A DNA stretch of 64,000 nt, from assembly GCA_965235115.1 (NCBI GenBank), contig OZ249436.1, positions 69,316,001 through 69,380,000 of the forward strand, in the 5' to 3' direction. Both the position numbers and the translations under genes were made by a program. Shown here piece by piece: positions 38,197 to 52,302 of the stretch. Under the pieces are notes generated by a model. That model did not search any database, had not been told where the DNA came from, and saw only the letters and a list, made by a program, of their open reading frames with translations. This DNA is from Laetmonice hystrix. Lineage: Eukaryota. Within the stretch, counting starts at the first letter, position 1. Each line of letters opens with the position of its first letter.

Positions 38197-41100
38197 CGAT
38201 ACATTAAGGGATTAGAGAGACGCCGCGGGCCCCCTTGGTCCTGTACATGTTGGCCGCCCTCAGGCCACAGTCAGATAAACACAAGCTTCAACAGCTTAGA
38301 GTAAACCGTTCCAATGTTCAGGAGCAAACTGATGGCGGACACGACTCTTGTGGCGGTCCTGAGTCTAGATTCAACATTCTTTTACCATGTTTAAATATCA
38401 CTGTATATGTAAAGAGCAAAGTAATCATTAAACATGATATTTTAGTTTGTTGTCACTTTCTCAGAATACATGAATTCCACAGATGGTAGAACTCATCCTG
38501 CCTGTCCCCTCCTTCCTCCCCTTTTATTACGTGTGATGGTATGGACCCAAGCGTCAGGCGTACACAGCGCCGCCTATAGGCGTCTCCTCTCGCCACGCGC
38601 TCAGCGAGCTCAAATTGATCGCAGTCCACACCTTAATGTCCAAATATCTGATGACATGACACTTCTGTTTTCACGGCTGCGCCTCCTGCACGATTTCATT
38701 TCTTGTGTCATTAACCTCTATTTGTGGGGGTCAGGGAGAAGGCGAGAGGCGAGCAGCTCCCGGCCCGCCAGCTGACATGCACCCAGTTCTCTCCAGTCGG
38801 TACCTCCCGTCAGCTTACACTTAGTCTCTCTCCTCCAGTAAAGTTACCGTTAGATTGCATCTTAATCCGCGCGATATAGACGCAACCCCAGGAAGAAAGT
38901 CTTATTTAAGACGTATATTGTTCCCGTGTGCTCCTGGGGACATATAAGACAGGTCTATACCGAATTAATACACTTAAAAGTTCAGGCTGAAATAAATGTT
39001 CTCAAATGAGAAAGTAACTTCAAAGTGTACTCAAGTGTTACTCTCTGTGGACACACTAAAGGAAAAACCATTCCAATACTTGCATGTAGACACGGGTAAC
39101 TTGGTAACATTGTCAATTATAGACTGAAACTGCTAGTTAATACTCATATCACTCATCTTTCAAGGCAACATATATTTGATCACACACTACCGGGACCATT
39201 TTGATGGATACGAGTTTCCAAGACGAACAGCACTTTGCTAAAAGTTCGTGCTTTCAAAAACTTTATACAATATAGGGAATTTTATCTTTGTTACACTCGA
39301 TATTTATATATTAGAGTTTGCAGCAGGCTTGAGTCGGTAATGAGCACGATTGTCTTATCAACCACGTAAGTCTGCCGTCAGATACTGCCAGCCGTCTGTA
39401 AGCGAAGCCAACATTCTCAATTGATTTGAATACTTCCATCTTCCGGGAGCTAATCATATTAGAACATTACAACATTTAAGAACAAAAACCAATAGATTGA
39501 TATAGAAATTAATATGCATAATAACACCTCCCAATGAACCTAGATTTCATGGGCGATTGTTTCTTTTTAAATGTCATTTAGGAATACCTTCATGCGGCAA
39601 GTTATATTGAATAGATTATAATTTGACAGTTAAACGTACTCTTACATTTTATCTCAATTTACGTCTCTATGAATACTAATAAACCCTCGCTTTGAAAACC
39701 AGAAAGTCGCGGTTAAAAAACCAGCCGGTTGTATCACAACATGTTAATAGTAGTATGCCACGTCCTAATGTAAAATGCAAAACCATAAGGGACTTGGAAA
39801 TTTCTCCATAGTCTCGAGTTAGCGTTATTATATTACGATTGATAAATTAATTAAACTCATTCAGATCGCCCACCAATTTGTGGCTCACGGAATCATATCA
39901 ATGAGAAGAAGATGGGAATCCAGTTCTTACCAAACGTAATCAGAGTCACTAATGATTTTTTGTAAATGAGAGCACTCCCCGGGACGTGTCGATGATATTC
40001 AACACAGTGTCAATTTAATGCAATATCATCGTAACAGCTGTGCAATATCACTTCATACATTAGGCCAACTGTGCCGATAATTAGATGCTTCGTTTGTAGT
40101 CATATTTACGATGTTCTGTGCAAATATGAGCCGATGAACACTAAAATGCTTGGCTAAGTATCTACTTATATATGTGATATTCATTACATGTGAACTGTTC
40201 ATTTCTGCGATTATTGAATCAAGGGCGACTACTGCTAAGGCATGATTAGAAGAAAGAAAACAGTCGTAAGTAATTGCTGTAGTGTATTGTTTCCCAGGCT
40301 GAATTCATCAACGGCAATTCTTCAATCTTTATAGCAGTTCGTGTTCCATGTGCATTTAAAGCCGGTATTTTTCATGCTCTGCCACGCTGGAAATGTATAT
40401 GAATAGCTCTTGTTAATGGACCCAATGAATCATAGTTATTACAACCACGAAGTGTGCGTTGATGCGCTGTCGCTGTATATGATGGCGGTGCCAACACATC
40501 CTACACGACAAATGGCGCCCAGCCCACGGGCCCCGCCTCGTTTTCGTCTTCATAGGTCACGTGTTTCCGCTCCGCCACAATGACGCGACCCCGCCCGCTG
40601 TACGGTTCGCCTCTCCACAATAGATAATCGGGCACCTGGAATCAGTTGCCAACGCCCCAATCTGCCCCCTAGGTTCCTGCTATAATCCAGAGCCGGCGTC
40701 GGATCAAACTCGAAGGGCAACTCATTTGGCTGATATTTAGATCTTTTTGCGGTCGCGTGTCTGAGGTAATGAAGTCCAAGTGCGACTGGCAGGCGGGCGT
40801 CTCGGAGCCGTGTCAAGGCCTTGCGCTCTCTGATAGACTCCAGACGTGACGGGACAGCGGAGTTACAAGCTTGGACGCTGGATAAGATAGAGCACATGCC
40901 CGCTGTCAGTGGACTAGGGGCACAGAGGGCTCGCTGGTGGGGGCAGCCAGGGCGGGTGTCATTTCCCCCCGGTGATCCCCATACTGCCCCGGTTCCTTGA
41001 TGCCAACAGCCAAGGGAAATTGGCGGGCATTAGGCGTGTCACCTTGACGGGCGGGATGCTGCTAATGCCTCTTGATGTATGATCGGGTGTTGAGGAAAGG

Positions 41101-41641
41101 GCATTTGTTACCCTCCCCGAACGTTATACCCCACAGATCTATCACGATCACAAAGGAGGGTGACTACAATCTCCCAACCCTGCCCCCTGACCAATCCACG
41201 ACCAGACCTATATACGACCAGGAAGCGTTGAAAGGTATTTCCTGCTAATTACAAACAAATCATTACGATAAAGCCGGGACTATAACCAGAAAGACTTTGT
41301 CCTTTTAGTTCTACAGCTTCGCGATAACAGAAGGTCCCGGTTAGAGCCCTGCTCCTACTGGTGTACGAGTTGGCAGGTCATGGGTTCGATGAGATCCCAG
41401 TGTGGCAGACCTGGCTCTAACACACATGATCTAAAACTCCCCCTCACTGCTCGACCCACTCCCCTTCCGACCCCCTAGGGGGCATCTGGTAAAACCACTG
41501 CGTACACAGCACATTGCCATATCAACCGGCCAGATGGTTCGGCATGTCCAAGTCAACATGGAGTGAAACTTATTATGAATGAATTAAATGATTGAGCATA
41601 AAATGGTGGCGTGTTTGAGCGTGCCGCCTGACGTGGTGGCT

Positions 41642-41659
41642 AGCGCCCCCTGGGGGTGG
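41642..41659 (-). promoter_or_regulatory. CTCF-like motif
   Basis: Reverse complement is CCACCCCCAGGGGGCGCT. Confidence 0.4.
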
Positions 41660-44600
41660 AAGGGGTAGCTGACAGAATGACGGTGATTGCGTTTACTATT
41701 AGCGGGCCTGATCGCTAATACCTACCAGTTGGTCGGGGGAGGTGACCGATGTAATTGGACAAAAGGCCCCCCTCTGAAGGACCAGTTGTCTCAGCCTCTG
41801 GCCCTTTACAGTATTGCCCGTTGATAAAGGATGGCTCGAGTCGATCCCCCACTTACTTCAAGGCCGTGCTCTATTCAAGCTTTTGTAGATTAATCAAATG
41901 AGAGCGACTGCTTCCGTAAAACAAGAAGTAAATGGGACAGCAGGAAAAACTTATTTTCATTCCTAAAGACCATACCCAATAGCTAAGCTTGCCAATTCCA
42001 CTCGATTTTATATGTCTATGTAGGCCCCCTATTCAATATTCTAAACATTCATGAAATTAGACCGAAATATAAGGACACATTTCATAGATCTCGTTTTCCC
42101 TAGATGATTTAGGCCGTCATAATGTTCTTAGTTCAAACAATTAAACATGTCAAGGTTTATGTTTTAATTTCAGGGAGGGCTGACGGAACATGTCTATCTG
42201 CTATAGAGAATTCCCATTCTCTGTAAAACGTGCTGGTATCCACTCGACCTGAGCAGCTCAGCGCCCATCAAACTCACGAGTCACGATAAGAATTACCGTT
42301 CTGGGCCATCGACACACAACACAAGCTTTATGTGCCGTCCAAATGCCCATTTTAGCAAGGGCGCGTCTAATTTCATTACACGCCAGAGAAAATATGGAAC
42401 TGCCATTGCCTATTACAATTTGTACGAGTCTATGCGCGTGCGTCCCAATGCACCAATCATCGTCGTGATCAGGCGTCAGCCCGGACTGTTTTGTCTGTGC
42501 CCGATGCGTCAAATGAAAAACGTCGAGGGGAGCATTCAGATGGTCAGATTGCGGAGCAATAATTTTTCAAATTAATCAGGAGAAATATGCAAATATTTTA
42601 GCTGCGATATGCACGGACAATTGGGCATGCCAGCACTTCGTTTTGCCCCGGTAATCCATGACGATTGCCACCCGATGGGACGGCAACCATGTCAGAAGTG
42701 GCCGTGGATGAGAGGGCCAAGGAGAGACCCACCAAAAGGCACGTGTCGCACTATTATTTACAAAAGAGATTACGATCAGATTTCATAAGTACTTCATCCC
42801 TCACACGTGCCATGGTGGCAGTGCCCTCCCGCCCGGCTCGCCCTCCTACAGTCCCGATTGAGATACCCTAACCGAGTTAGCTTGTATTACATTAACAGAG
42901 TCCGTTTACTCCTAAACGCTTCTGTTTACAATCAGGAGTATGAGTGAACTAGAGGCGAGTTTGATGTATTAATCTTACAATGCTATCGGATGGAGACACA
43001 AGCAGATTTGTTATTGCATTATGTCGACCATTTGAAGTTTTTCCTAATGTTTTCTTCAGTGTCGAAGTACACAGATATGGAGCTGTCGAGGAACCCTGGC
43101 TCGCCTGACGACCCACATACACCCCCATATGTTCCCCTGTTTGTAACCCCAGCTCTTTCCCTTATCGATCTTGACATAGGCGCCCTTGACGTATTAATGC
43201 TGAAATCTACGGAGATGGCTACGCCCCGTATGAATCACAGTTCTGCTATTTCCACTAATAAGGTAACAAAGTGTGATCTATTTCTTAGACGGTACAAAAG
43301 GAAGGACGATTCTGACACCTCTGCACAATATCAATGCCTCAAATTGATATAATAACATAACAGAAGACAGCGATATCAAAGTCATAAAAGAATGTGATGC
43401 ATTGGTTGTGTAATCTAAGTAGATGTAATATTCTAAAGACACCGAGGCGTATAAAAATTCGGATTGCCATGAGCGCGTTAGAAAGGTTTGTGACAAGTCT
43501 TTCTGGCTGAATGCCCCTTACGTTAACAAAAACACACTGTGGACTGGCGCGACAAGCAGTGCTTTGCCCAACCCCCTTTTACACCCCACCCTTGACTGGT
43601 ACGGGGTAATTAAGACGTAAGAAGGACGCTTCTTACCGCATATGTCCTGCATAACGGAGACCTGACCCCTGGCTGAATATGACCCTGCCGATCGCACTCT
43701 TTGACGCCTTAACAATGCCAATAACAAATTACCCCGCATTAGATCACCGGTCCGTCCGATGTGGCCAGGACGAACGGTGAACAATGGCTGTCGACCATCT
43801 GCCGCCCGCCGAGCTGGGCCCTGGCACCGGCCTGCACCTTTCACTGCCTGCTTACGTACACTTTGGGCGGCGAAGAATTGGCTTCAGGCACTGACCTATA
43901 ACTGAAGTGTCAAGTGCTGTAACTGGCAATGACGTCTTTACAACTACTCTGGCGAGGAGGTGCTAATTAATCGCATATGATATTATATGCATGATATAGA
44001 TGTATGTTTTCGTATGTGTATGGGTGTATAATTTATATCTACATTCATTCATTTATTTATTCATTTATTTACAATTACGCAGAGAGTGGCTGTTTTTCGT
44101 TGAATGTCAGTTTACATCGATTTCATAGTCACTTGCATATCCTAATGCACACATGTAGGCATACATGTACCCCCACCCCTGGCTAGTTGAATGTATGCAT
44201 ATAACATATGTGCATAAAAAAAAGTAGGCATACATGCATTCATGAATATATATAATATGATGTTATATGTATCTGGGATTTATTTTACTTGTGTGTGTGA
44301 AATATGATTTTTTTTTAAAGTTTCAGAAAAACAGAACGCTATTCCTTTTGTATTTGTTCTGTAAACTTAACGAAACGTCTATGTGTGGATTTCTTTACAA
44401 TACATGTACTCTGGTCATTGTTCAAAGATAATGTTGTTTTGTATGTTACCATCTAACTCCATCTTGATAAATAATGACCGAAGAGAAAACGAGGTTGACA
44501 AGTGAAGGTTTTGACTAGGTAGGCCTACTCGGTGATTATAATTACGCAGTTAGTTATTACAACAAATTTCTTCAACCATCAGTAACTGTTGGTCTGAGTT

Positions 44601-47600
44601 CACCGTGCTCACAGAGCGCCCCCCCCCCCCCAGACCAGTCTGTTTGAGAAGCCAGCGGCGCTGTGGCCAGCAGAAAGTATAGTAACTGTTGTCTGTGTCC
44701 GACCAAACCCGGAATATAGCGGCGCCAACCGAAGACATAATGAAAAGATCAGGAGGGCCCAAGTTGAGGTGGATCATCGTATTTTTCCCCCCGGCGCCAG
44801 CCTGTCCACTGCCCACAGCGGCCGTAACGAAGGCACCGCGCTTCTTTCGGGAATCAAGCCGAATGAGCAAATCAAAAGCATATTCTTGACATGACAGAAG
44901 CAGTTCCGTGGTTGACTTATATCCAGACAGAATGAGCATGGAAATTTATTTCGGAACCAATCACTGTGGAAGCGTATCAGAAAGCCATTATAATTTGCCT
45001 GACCCTTCCGTGAATGGTGGCAGTGATTGCGGACGAGTGTACGGAACCGAACAGCTCGACCCGACCTCGGGGCCCGCGCCTTCGGCTGTCGTCTGCCTCG
45101 CCTTCCAGTGGGGGCGCTGGTGGCGCGGCCCGGCCAACTCTACGGGTCGCTGCCCTCGTCAATGGAGGCCCATCCGGTGGGAAAAAAGTTAATTACAACT
45201 CTTGTGTCAATCTGCAGGCCGGGCAAGATGTCGAAACAGTCCGCTACATCTTCAATTTCCTCCAGGAAATCTGTTCCATAGTCTGTGAAGTATAAAGAAT
45301 TGTGCACAGTGAAGTGGAGAAGCCATGTTAGGGGCCGGAGCAAGGGATGCACCAGGCAGCGAGCGAGAGAGAAAGTGCCAATCTAGAAAGACGTAGCGGG
45401 GGGCTTTGTTGCTCGCTGACCGACAGCACACAATGAAGGAACGCCACAGAGAACCAAAGACCCGGCGTTCTCAAAACGCACATCACTGACTATTGTCAGT
45501 CACCCGACCCCGGCTGACCTGTGTTAAAAGACCAGCGGTCAGTGTAGCGTATTGACATACGGTCAGCCATGGTCAGTCGGTGACCAGCAGAAGGGGACTC
45601 ATGTCTGACGATTACAACAGTCAGCGGCTGCACAGTCCGCAGGCTGATCAGCATTTTGTTTGTTTGTTTTTTCCATCTTGATATGTCATTCAGTTCGGAT
45701 GGTAGATCTACACATTATACATTTTGATGGAGTGTGTCTCAAAATATTATAATTAATTAAGGTTGTTGACATCAAATAACATCGACGTTTGTTTCTGTCA
45801 ATTAATAATTATCCAATTGACTGCACATCTATGACGGGTAAGGGTAAAAATACTAGCGAACACGATAATACATACATTTATGTATATACATAGGCATCTA
45901 TTATAGGCATTTATAATATACTTAGGCATCTATAATTGACCTATACATGACTGCATAAGATAACATTAATACAGGCGTAAAACCTGTATAATAACCTCAC
46001 GCCATATATCATTAAAAGTACACCTTAAATACTTACACGTAGCCTAACACAGAATGCATAAAAACTTACTTATACATTATTGTACATAACAAAATAATGT
46101 CAAACCCCATATTTTTTATGATGCGTCTTTTTGAGTTAATTCAGAAGATACGAGGCTACTCCTGGAATGTGCATGCTACTTTATTCAACATTACTTCTGG
46201 ATATTATGGACTTGTATCCCCCAAACTGACCGTTGATGACGTGGTGACCTGAGTTCACGACCCAAACTATCGTCTGTGAACAAATGCCACGTCGTGAGGT
46301 TATAACGCGCCGCCACATCGATCGGCAACGCTATCTGCCAGCCGAGCGCTGCCCACGCCACCGAGCCAGCCATTCGACACCACCTGGCGGTGAATGTACG
46401 AACCAGCGTCGGGTTCACTGCAATCACTCGTCCTCAGCCTCAAGCTGTCCTAACTGAACAATGATCGACTACAGTCGTCCCCCACCACCCAGCCCGACTC
46501 TCCTACCTCCTCTCCGACCTCCACTGGTTCGTTATTAACACAAATGGACCGAGTTTATCGACGTCTAGAGAGAGAAAAGACGGCGGTCACGTTATCCAGG
46601 TGCGCCACCCTTATTGCCTGCCCACATATTGAGTCGCTGGGTGAATTGTTTAAGAAACTGGACAGGTCTTTTGAGGGAAAGCAAAGGTTCTCTGGCTGGG
46701 TTAAAACGGGCCGTGAAACCGGTCCACCGGTCAGATACCGGCACTGTTTTTTTTGCGCGAGGAGGGGGGGGGGGCAGTGTGTGTCGCCCTGAACAAGGCG
46801 AGGGGATGGCCGCCTGGCGGTGCCCACATTATAGAGGCATCGCCAATGAACTACTGCGTGTAACGACAGGCCAAGCCGAGCCGCAGGGGCCAGCACGGCC
46901 TGTCACCTCCTGCACAACTTCACAATCTCAACCTGCCACGTGTGCCCACGGGCGATATTAAGGAGACAGGCGGGTGTCAGGGGTCAGGCGTGACAGATTT
47001 GGCCAGTTAATGGAAAGGTAGCGGGGTGGGGCATCATAGCCGACCCCTGGATAGCTGGTCGGGTAGCGCCAAGTGCTCGGGCCGTCCGATAAATCAGCGT
47101 GAACAAAGACCAGGAGCAGGGCCGGCGGCGCAGGCCACGCGCCCGGGCCAGTGTGCAGGTAACCATATGACCTGCAGTAAATGGTGTCAGGTGCCTAAAA
47201 CATCCCACGTTGGCCATGTCAAATTTTATAACATGACAGAGGCGAAGTCTGCAAATCTTCCCCCTCCTCCCCCTGGTCTCAGCGCACCCCCTTCCGCCCC
47301 CACCCCCACACCCCGCCGCCCTTGCCTAGTGGGACGACCATGATCAGACACCATGGCCCCCGGAGCTTGGTCGCCTTTACAGGCGGACCAGTTCATCATG
47401 CGGTGTCGGGAGGTTAGTGTTTCAAGCAGATGAACTTAGCCCTTTACTGAGGCAATTCAAAGTGCCTTTAATTTGTGGCGGTCACGGATCTGGCGAACAT
47501 GAAGCGGTCGGATCTGAGGGTCGGATCCCAATGTGGAGGTTTAAGGCGGCGGCACGGCACAGCTCGGCGCCCCACAATCCCTACCCGAATGAGATGTCAT

Positions 47601-47797
47601 TTGGCCAGATTTAGCAAATCCCTCGCACAGGCCCAAGCTGGTAGACCCACTACCTTATACGGATTTATGACAAGCTAAATGGCCAATATGACATATACAC
47701 CATTCCAGGACCGGACACTCAATATGCTGTCGGGACATGCCCCGGCCTGGCGACTTGGCCTATTCTGGATTTCAATCATATTAAAGGGTACTTATTT

Positions 47798-47871
47798 TAT
47801 GATTTTATGGGCCGAGCTATAAGATATCCGCTATATGATTTTATGGGCCGAGCTATAAGATATCCGCTATA
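47798..47871. repeat. 36-bp tandem duplication
   Basis: tatgattttatgggccgagctataagatatccgcta occurs twice, starting at 47798 and 47834. Confidence 0.9.
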
Positions 47872-48675
47872 CTTGGTGTGCGCCATCAGGTTTCGAGTTC
47901 ATTTATCGCATTATTCTATCCTCCATATAGAGATACATTAGTATAGGACAACCAGAGTTCAAGCTTGTTTTCAATCAACATATAATTACATATTAAATAT
48001 GTAGGTCAATATCCTTTGTGAAGAAAAGAGTAGGTCTTACATTATACTGACCTTACACCAATGATGATCTGTACGGAAAGTTGTAATCATTTTTTTTTAT
48101 TAAAAGAATCCCTTACATTTTTATACAGTACAACACCTCCGAGGTAATGACAGGATATATCTGTAAATGATTCCGTTAGGATAGTAGTATCCGAACGATA
48201 CAGCCGCTATGTTTATCACGGAAAGGTTCGTAACGACTGAAGAGGTCGCCTGAACAACTTGACCACCGAAGGCATCAAAGCTCATCGAGAAGTCCATTCA
48301 TTAATCGCCACCAAAGTGGGCCGTTATCTATTCAGTGGGTCAGGGCCGGGGTCAGGGCCCGGGGCGGCCGGGGCCAACACCAAGACAGTATACGGTCGGC
48401 ACATCGGCCTTCCACTTCTTGAACGTGCTTCTCACCGGGCTGGTGGAACATAAAGAACTCAGAACCTGACTCACTGAGGGCCAGCTCTGCTGTATACTAT
48501 AGCTATGTTGTTATGGTCTGTCGTTCACTCGCCACTATCATGGCAACTATAAAAGTATTACTATTATAAGTATATTTTATTGATATTTATCTTTGTCTCT
48601 CTCTTTCTTGTATCATCTCGGTCTAAACTCCTAGTTCCATTCCAGACCACACTATAGCGACCACACGTCAATCCA

Positions 48676-49636
48676 CCCAGTGTACCGCGGGTAGTAGTAT
48701 ACAACTCCCGCAATGTCATCCAGTCCACTCACTGTACCGCGGGTAGTAGTATACAACTCCCGCAATGTCATCCAGTCCACTCACTGTACCGCGGGTAGTA
48801 GTATAGACAAATGGGCCTATGATGCCCACAATGTCCTCCAGTCCACTCAGTGTACCGCGGGTAGTAGTATAGACAAATGGGCCTATGATGCCCACAATGT
48901 CCTCCATCCACTCAGTGTACCGCGGGTAGTAGTATAGACAAATGGGCCTATGATGCCCACAATGTCCTCCAGCCCACTCAGTGTACCGCGGGTAGTAGTA
49001 TAGACAAATGGGCCTATGACGCCCACAATGTACTCCATCCACTCAGTGTACCGCGGGTAGTAGTATAGACAAATGGGCCTACAACTCCCACAATGTCCTC
49101 CAGTCCACTCACTGTACCGCGGGTAGTAGTATAGACAAATGGGCCTATGACGCCCACAATGTACTCCATCCACTCAGTGTACCGCGGGTAGTAGTATAGA
49201 CAAATGGGCCTATGACGCCCACAATGTACTCCATCCACTCAGTGTACCGCGGGTAGTAGTATAGACAAATGGGCCTATGACGCCCACAATGTACTCCATC
49301 CACTCACTGTACCGCGGGTAGTAGTATAGACAAATGGGCCTATGACGCCCACAATGTACTCCATCCACTCAGTGTACCGCGGGTAGTAGTATAGACAAAT
49401 GGGCCTATGACGCCCACAATGTACTCCATCCACTCAGTGTACCGCGGGTAGTAGTATAGACAAATGGGCCTACAACTCCCACAATGTCCTCCAGTCCACT
49501 CAGTGTACCGCGGGTAGTAGTATAGACAAATGGGCCAATGACGCCCACAATGTCCTCCATCCACTCAGTGTACCGCGGGTGGTAGTATAGACAAATGGGC
49601 CTATGACGCCAACAATGTCCTCCAGCCCACTCAGAG
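48676..49636. repeat. Minisatellite, 15 copies (two 52-bp units, then 65/66-bp units)
   Basis: tgtaccgcggg cores counted from 48681 to 49569. Main unit cactcagtgtaccgcgggtagtagtatagacaaatgggcctatgacgcccacaatgtactccatc. Confidence 0.95.
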
Positions 49637-52302
49637 TCGGCCATGGACCGCTACCATCAGGCAGTAGTTGAGGAGAACGACACAGCCCACTCAGTGTCGG
49701 CCATGGACCGCTACCATCCTGCAGCAGTAGTTGAGGAGAACGACACAGCCCACCCAGTGTCGGCCATGGACCGCTACCATCCTGCAGCAGTAGTTGAGGA
49801 GAACGACACAGCCCACCCAGTGTCGGCCATGGACCGCTACCATCAGGCAGTGGTCGAGGAGAACGACACAGCCCACTCAGTGTCGGCCATGAACCGCTAC
49901 CATCAGGCAGTAGTTGAGGAGAACGACACAGCCCACTCAGTGTCGGCCATGGACCGCTACCATCAGGCAGTAGTTGAGGAGAACGACACAGCCCACTCAG
50001 TGTCGGCCATGGACCGCTACCATCCTGCAGCAGTAGTTGAGGAGAACGACACAGCCCACTCAGTGTCGGCCATGGACCGCTACCATCCTGCAGCAGTAGT
50101 TGAGGAGAACGACACAGCCCACTCAGTGTCGGCCATGGACCGCTACCATCAGGCAGTAGTTGAGGAGAACGACACAGCCCACTCAGTGTCGGCCATGGAC
50201 CGCTACCATCCTGCAGCAGTAGTTGAGGAGAACGACACAGCCCACTCAGTGTCGGCCATGGACCGCTACCATCAGGCAGTAGTTGAGGAGAACGACACAG
50301 CCCACTCAGTGTCGGCCATGGACCGCTACCATCAGGCAGTGGTCGAGGAGAACGACACAGCCCACTCAGTGTCGGCCATGGACCGCTACCATCAGGCAGT
50401 AGTTGAGGAGAACGACACAGCCCACCCAGTGTCGGCCATGGACCGCTACCATCAGGCAGTAGTTGAGGAGAACGACACAGCCCACCCAGTGTCGGCCATG
50501 GACCGCTACCATCAGGCAGTAGTTGAGGAGAACGACACAGCCCACCCAGTGTCGGCCATGGACCGCTACCATCAGGCAGTGGTCGAGGAGAACGACACAG
50601 CCCACTCAGTGTCGGCCATGGACCGCTACCATCAGGCAGTGGTTGAGGAGAACGACACAGCCCACTAAGTGTCGGCCATGGACCGCTACCATCAGGCAGT
50701 AGTTGAGGAGAACGACACAGCCCACCCAGTGTCGGCCATGGACCGCTACCATCAGGCAGTAGTTGAGGAGAACGACACAGCCCACCCAGTGTCGGCCATG
50801 AACCGCTACCATCAGGCAGTAGTTGAGGAGAACGACACAGCCCACCCAGTGTCGGCCATGGACCGCTACCATCAGGCAGTGGTCGAGGAGAACGACTCAG
50901 CCCACTCAGTGTCGGCCATGAACCGCTACCATCAGGCAGTAGTTGAGGAGAACGACACAGCCCACTCAGTGTCGGCCATGGACCGCTACCATCAGGCAGT
51001 AGTTGAGGAGAACGACACAGCCCACTCAGTGTCGGCCATGGACCGCTACCATCCTGCAGCAGTAGTTGAGGAGAACGACACAGCCCACTCAGTGTCGGCC
51101 ATGGACCGCTACCATCAGGCAGTAGTTGAGGAGAACGACACAGCCCACTCAGTGTCGGCCATGGACCGCTACCATCCTGCAGCAGTAGTTGAGGAGAACG
51201 ACACAGCCCACTCAGTGTCGGCCATGGACCGCTACCATCAGGCAGTAGTTGAGGAGAACGACACAGCCCACCCAGTGTCGGCCATGGACCGCTACCATCA
51301 GGCAGTAGTTGAGGAGAACGACACAGCCCACCCAGTGTCGGCCATGGACCGCTACCATCAGGCAGTAGTTGAGGAGAACGACACAGCCCACCCAGTGTCG
51401 GCCATGGACCGCTACCATCAGGCAGTGGTCGAGGAGAACGACACAGCCCACTCAGTGTCGGCCATGGACCGCTACCATCAGGCAGTGGTTGAGGAGAACG
51501 ACACAGCCCACTCAGTGTCGGCCATGGACCGCTACCATCAGGCAGTAGTTGAGGAGAACGACACAGCCCACCCAGTGTCGGCCATGGACCGCTACCATCA
51601 GGCAGTAGTTGAGGAGAACGACACAGCCCACCCAGTGTCGGCCATGGACCGCTACCATCAGGCAGTAGTTGAGGAGAACGACACAGCCCACCCAGTGTCG
51701 GCCATGGACCGCTACCATCCTGCAGCAGTAGTTGAGGAGAACGACACAGCCCACCCAGTGTCGGCCATGGACCGCTACCATCAGGCAGTAGTTGAGGAGA
51801 ACGACACAGCCCACCCAGTGTCGGCCATGGACCGCTACCCTCCTGCAGCAGTAGTTGAGGAGAACGACACAGCCCACTCAGTGTCGGCCATGGACCGCTA
51901 CCATCAGGCAGTAGTTGAGGAGAACGACACAGCCCACTCAGTGTCGGCCATGGACCGCTACCATCCTGCAGCAGTAGTTGAGGAGAACGACACAGCCCAC
52001 TCAGTGTCGGCCATGGACCGCTACCATCCGGCAGCAGTAGTTGAGGAGAACGACACAGTCCACTCAGTGTCGGCCATGGACCGCTACCATCCGGCAGCAG
52101 TAGTTGAGGAGAACGACACAGCCCACTCAGTGTCGGCCATGGACCGCTACCATCCGGCAGCAGTAGTTGAGGAGAACGACACAGCCCACTCAGTGTCGGC
52201 CATGGACCGCTACCATCAGGCAGTAGTTGAGGAGAACGACACAGCCCACTCAGTGTCGGCCATGGACCGCTACCATCAGGCAGTAGTTGAGAAGAACGAC
52301 AC
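49637..52302. repeat. Minisatellite, 44 copies of a 60/63-bp unit
   Basis: Unit gtcggccatggaccgctaccatcaggcagtagttgaggagaacgacacagcccactcagt, with a 63-bp variant catcctgcagcagtag. Copy number counted from the plus-strand ORFs (17 + 27 units). Confidence 0.97.

Noticed and set aside
42990-43352. 120-aa plus-strand ORF
   Set aside because: No recognisable domain or convincing exon boundaries.
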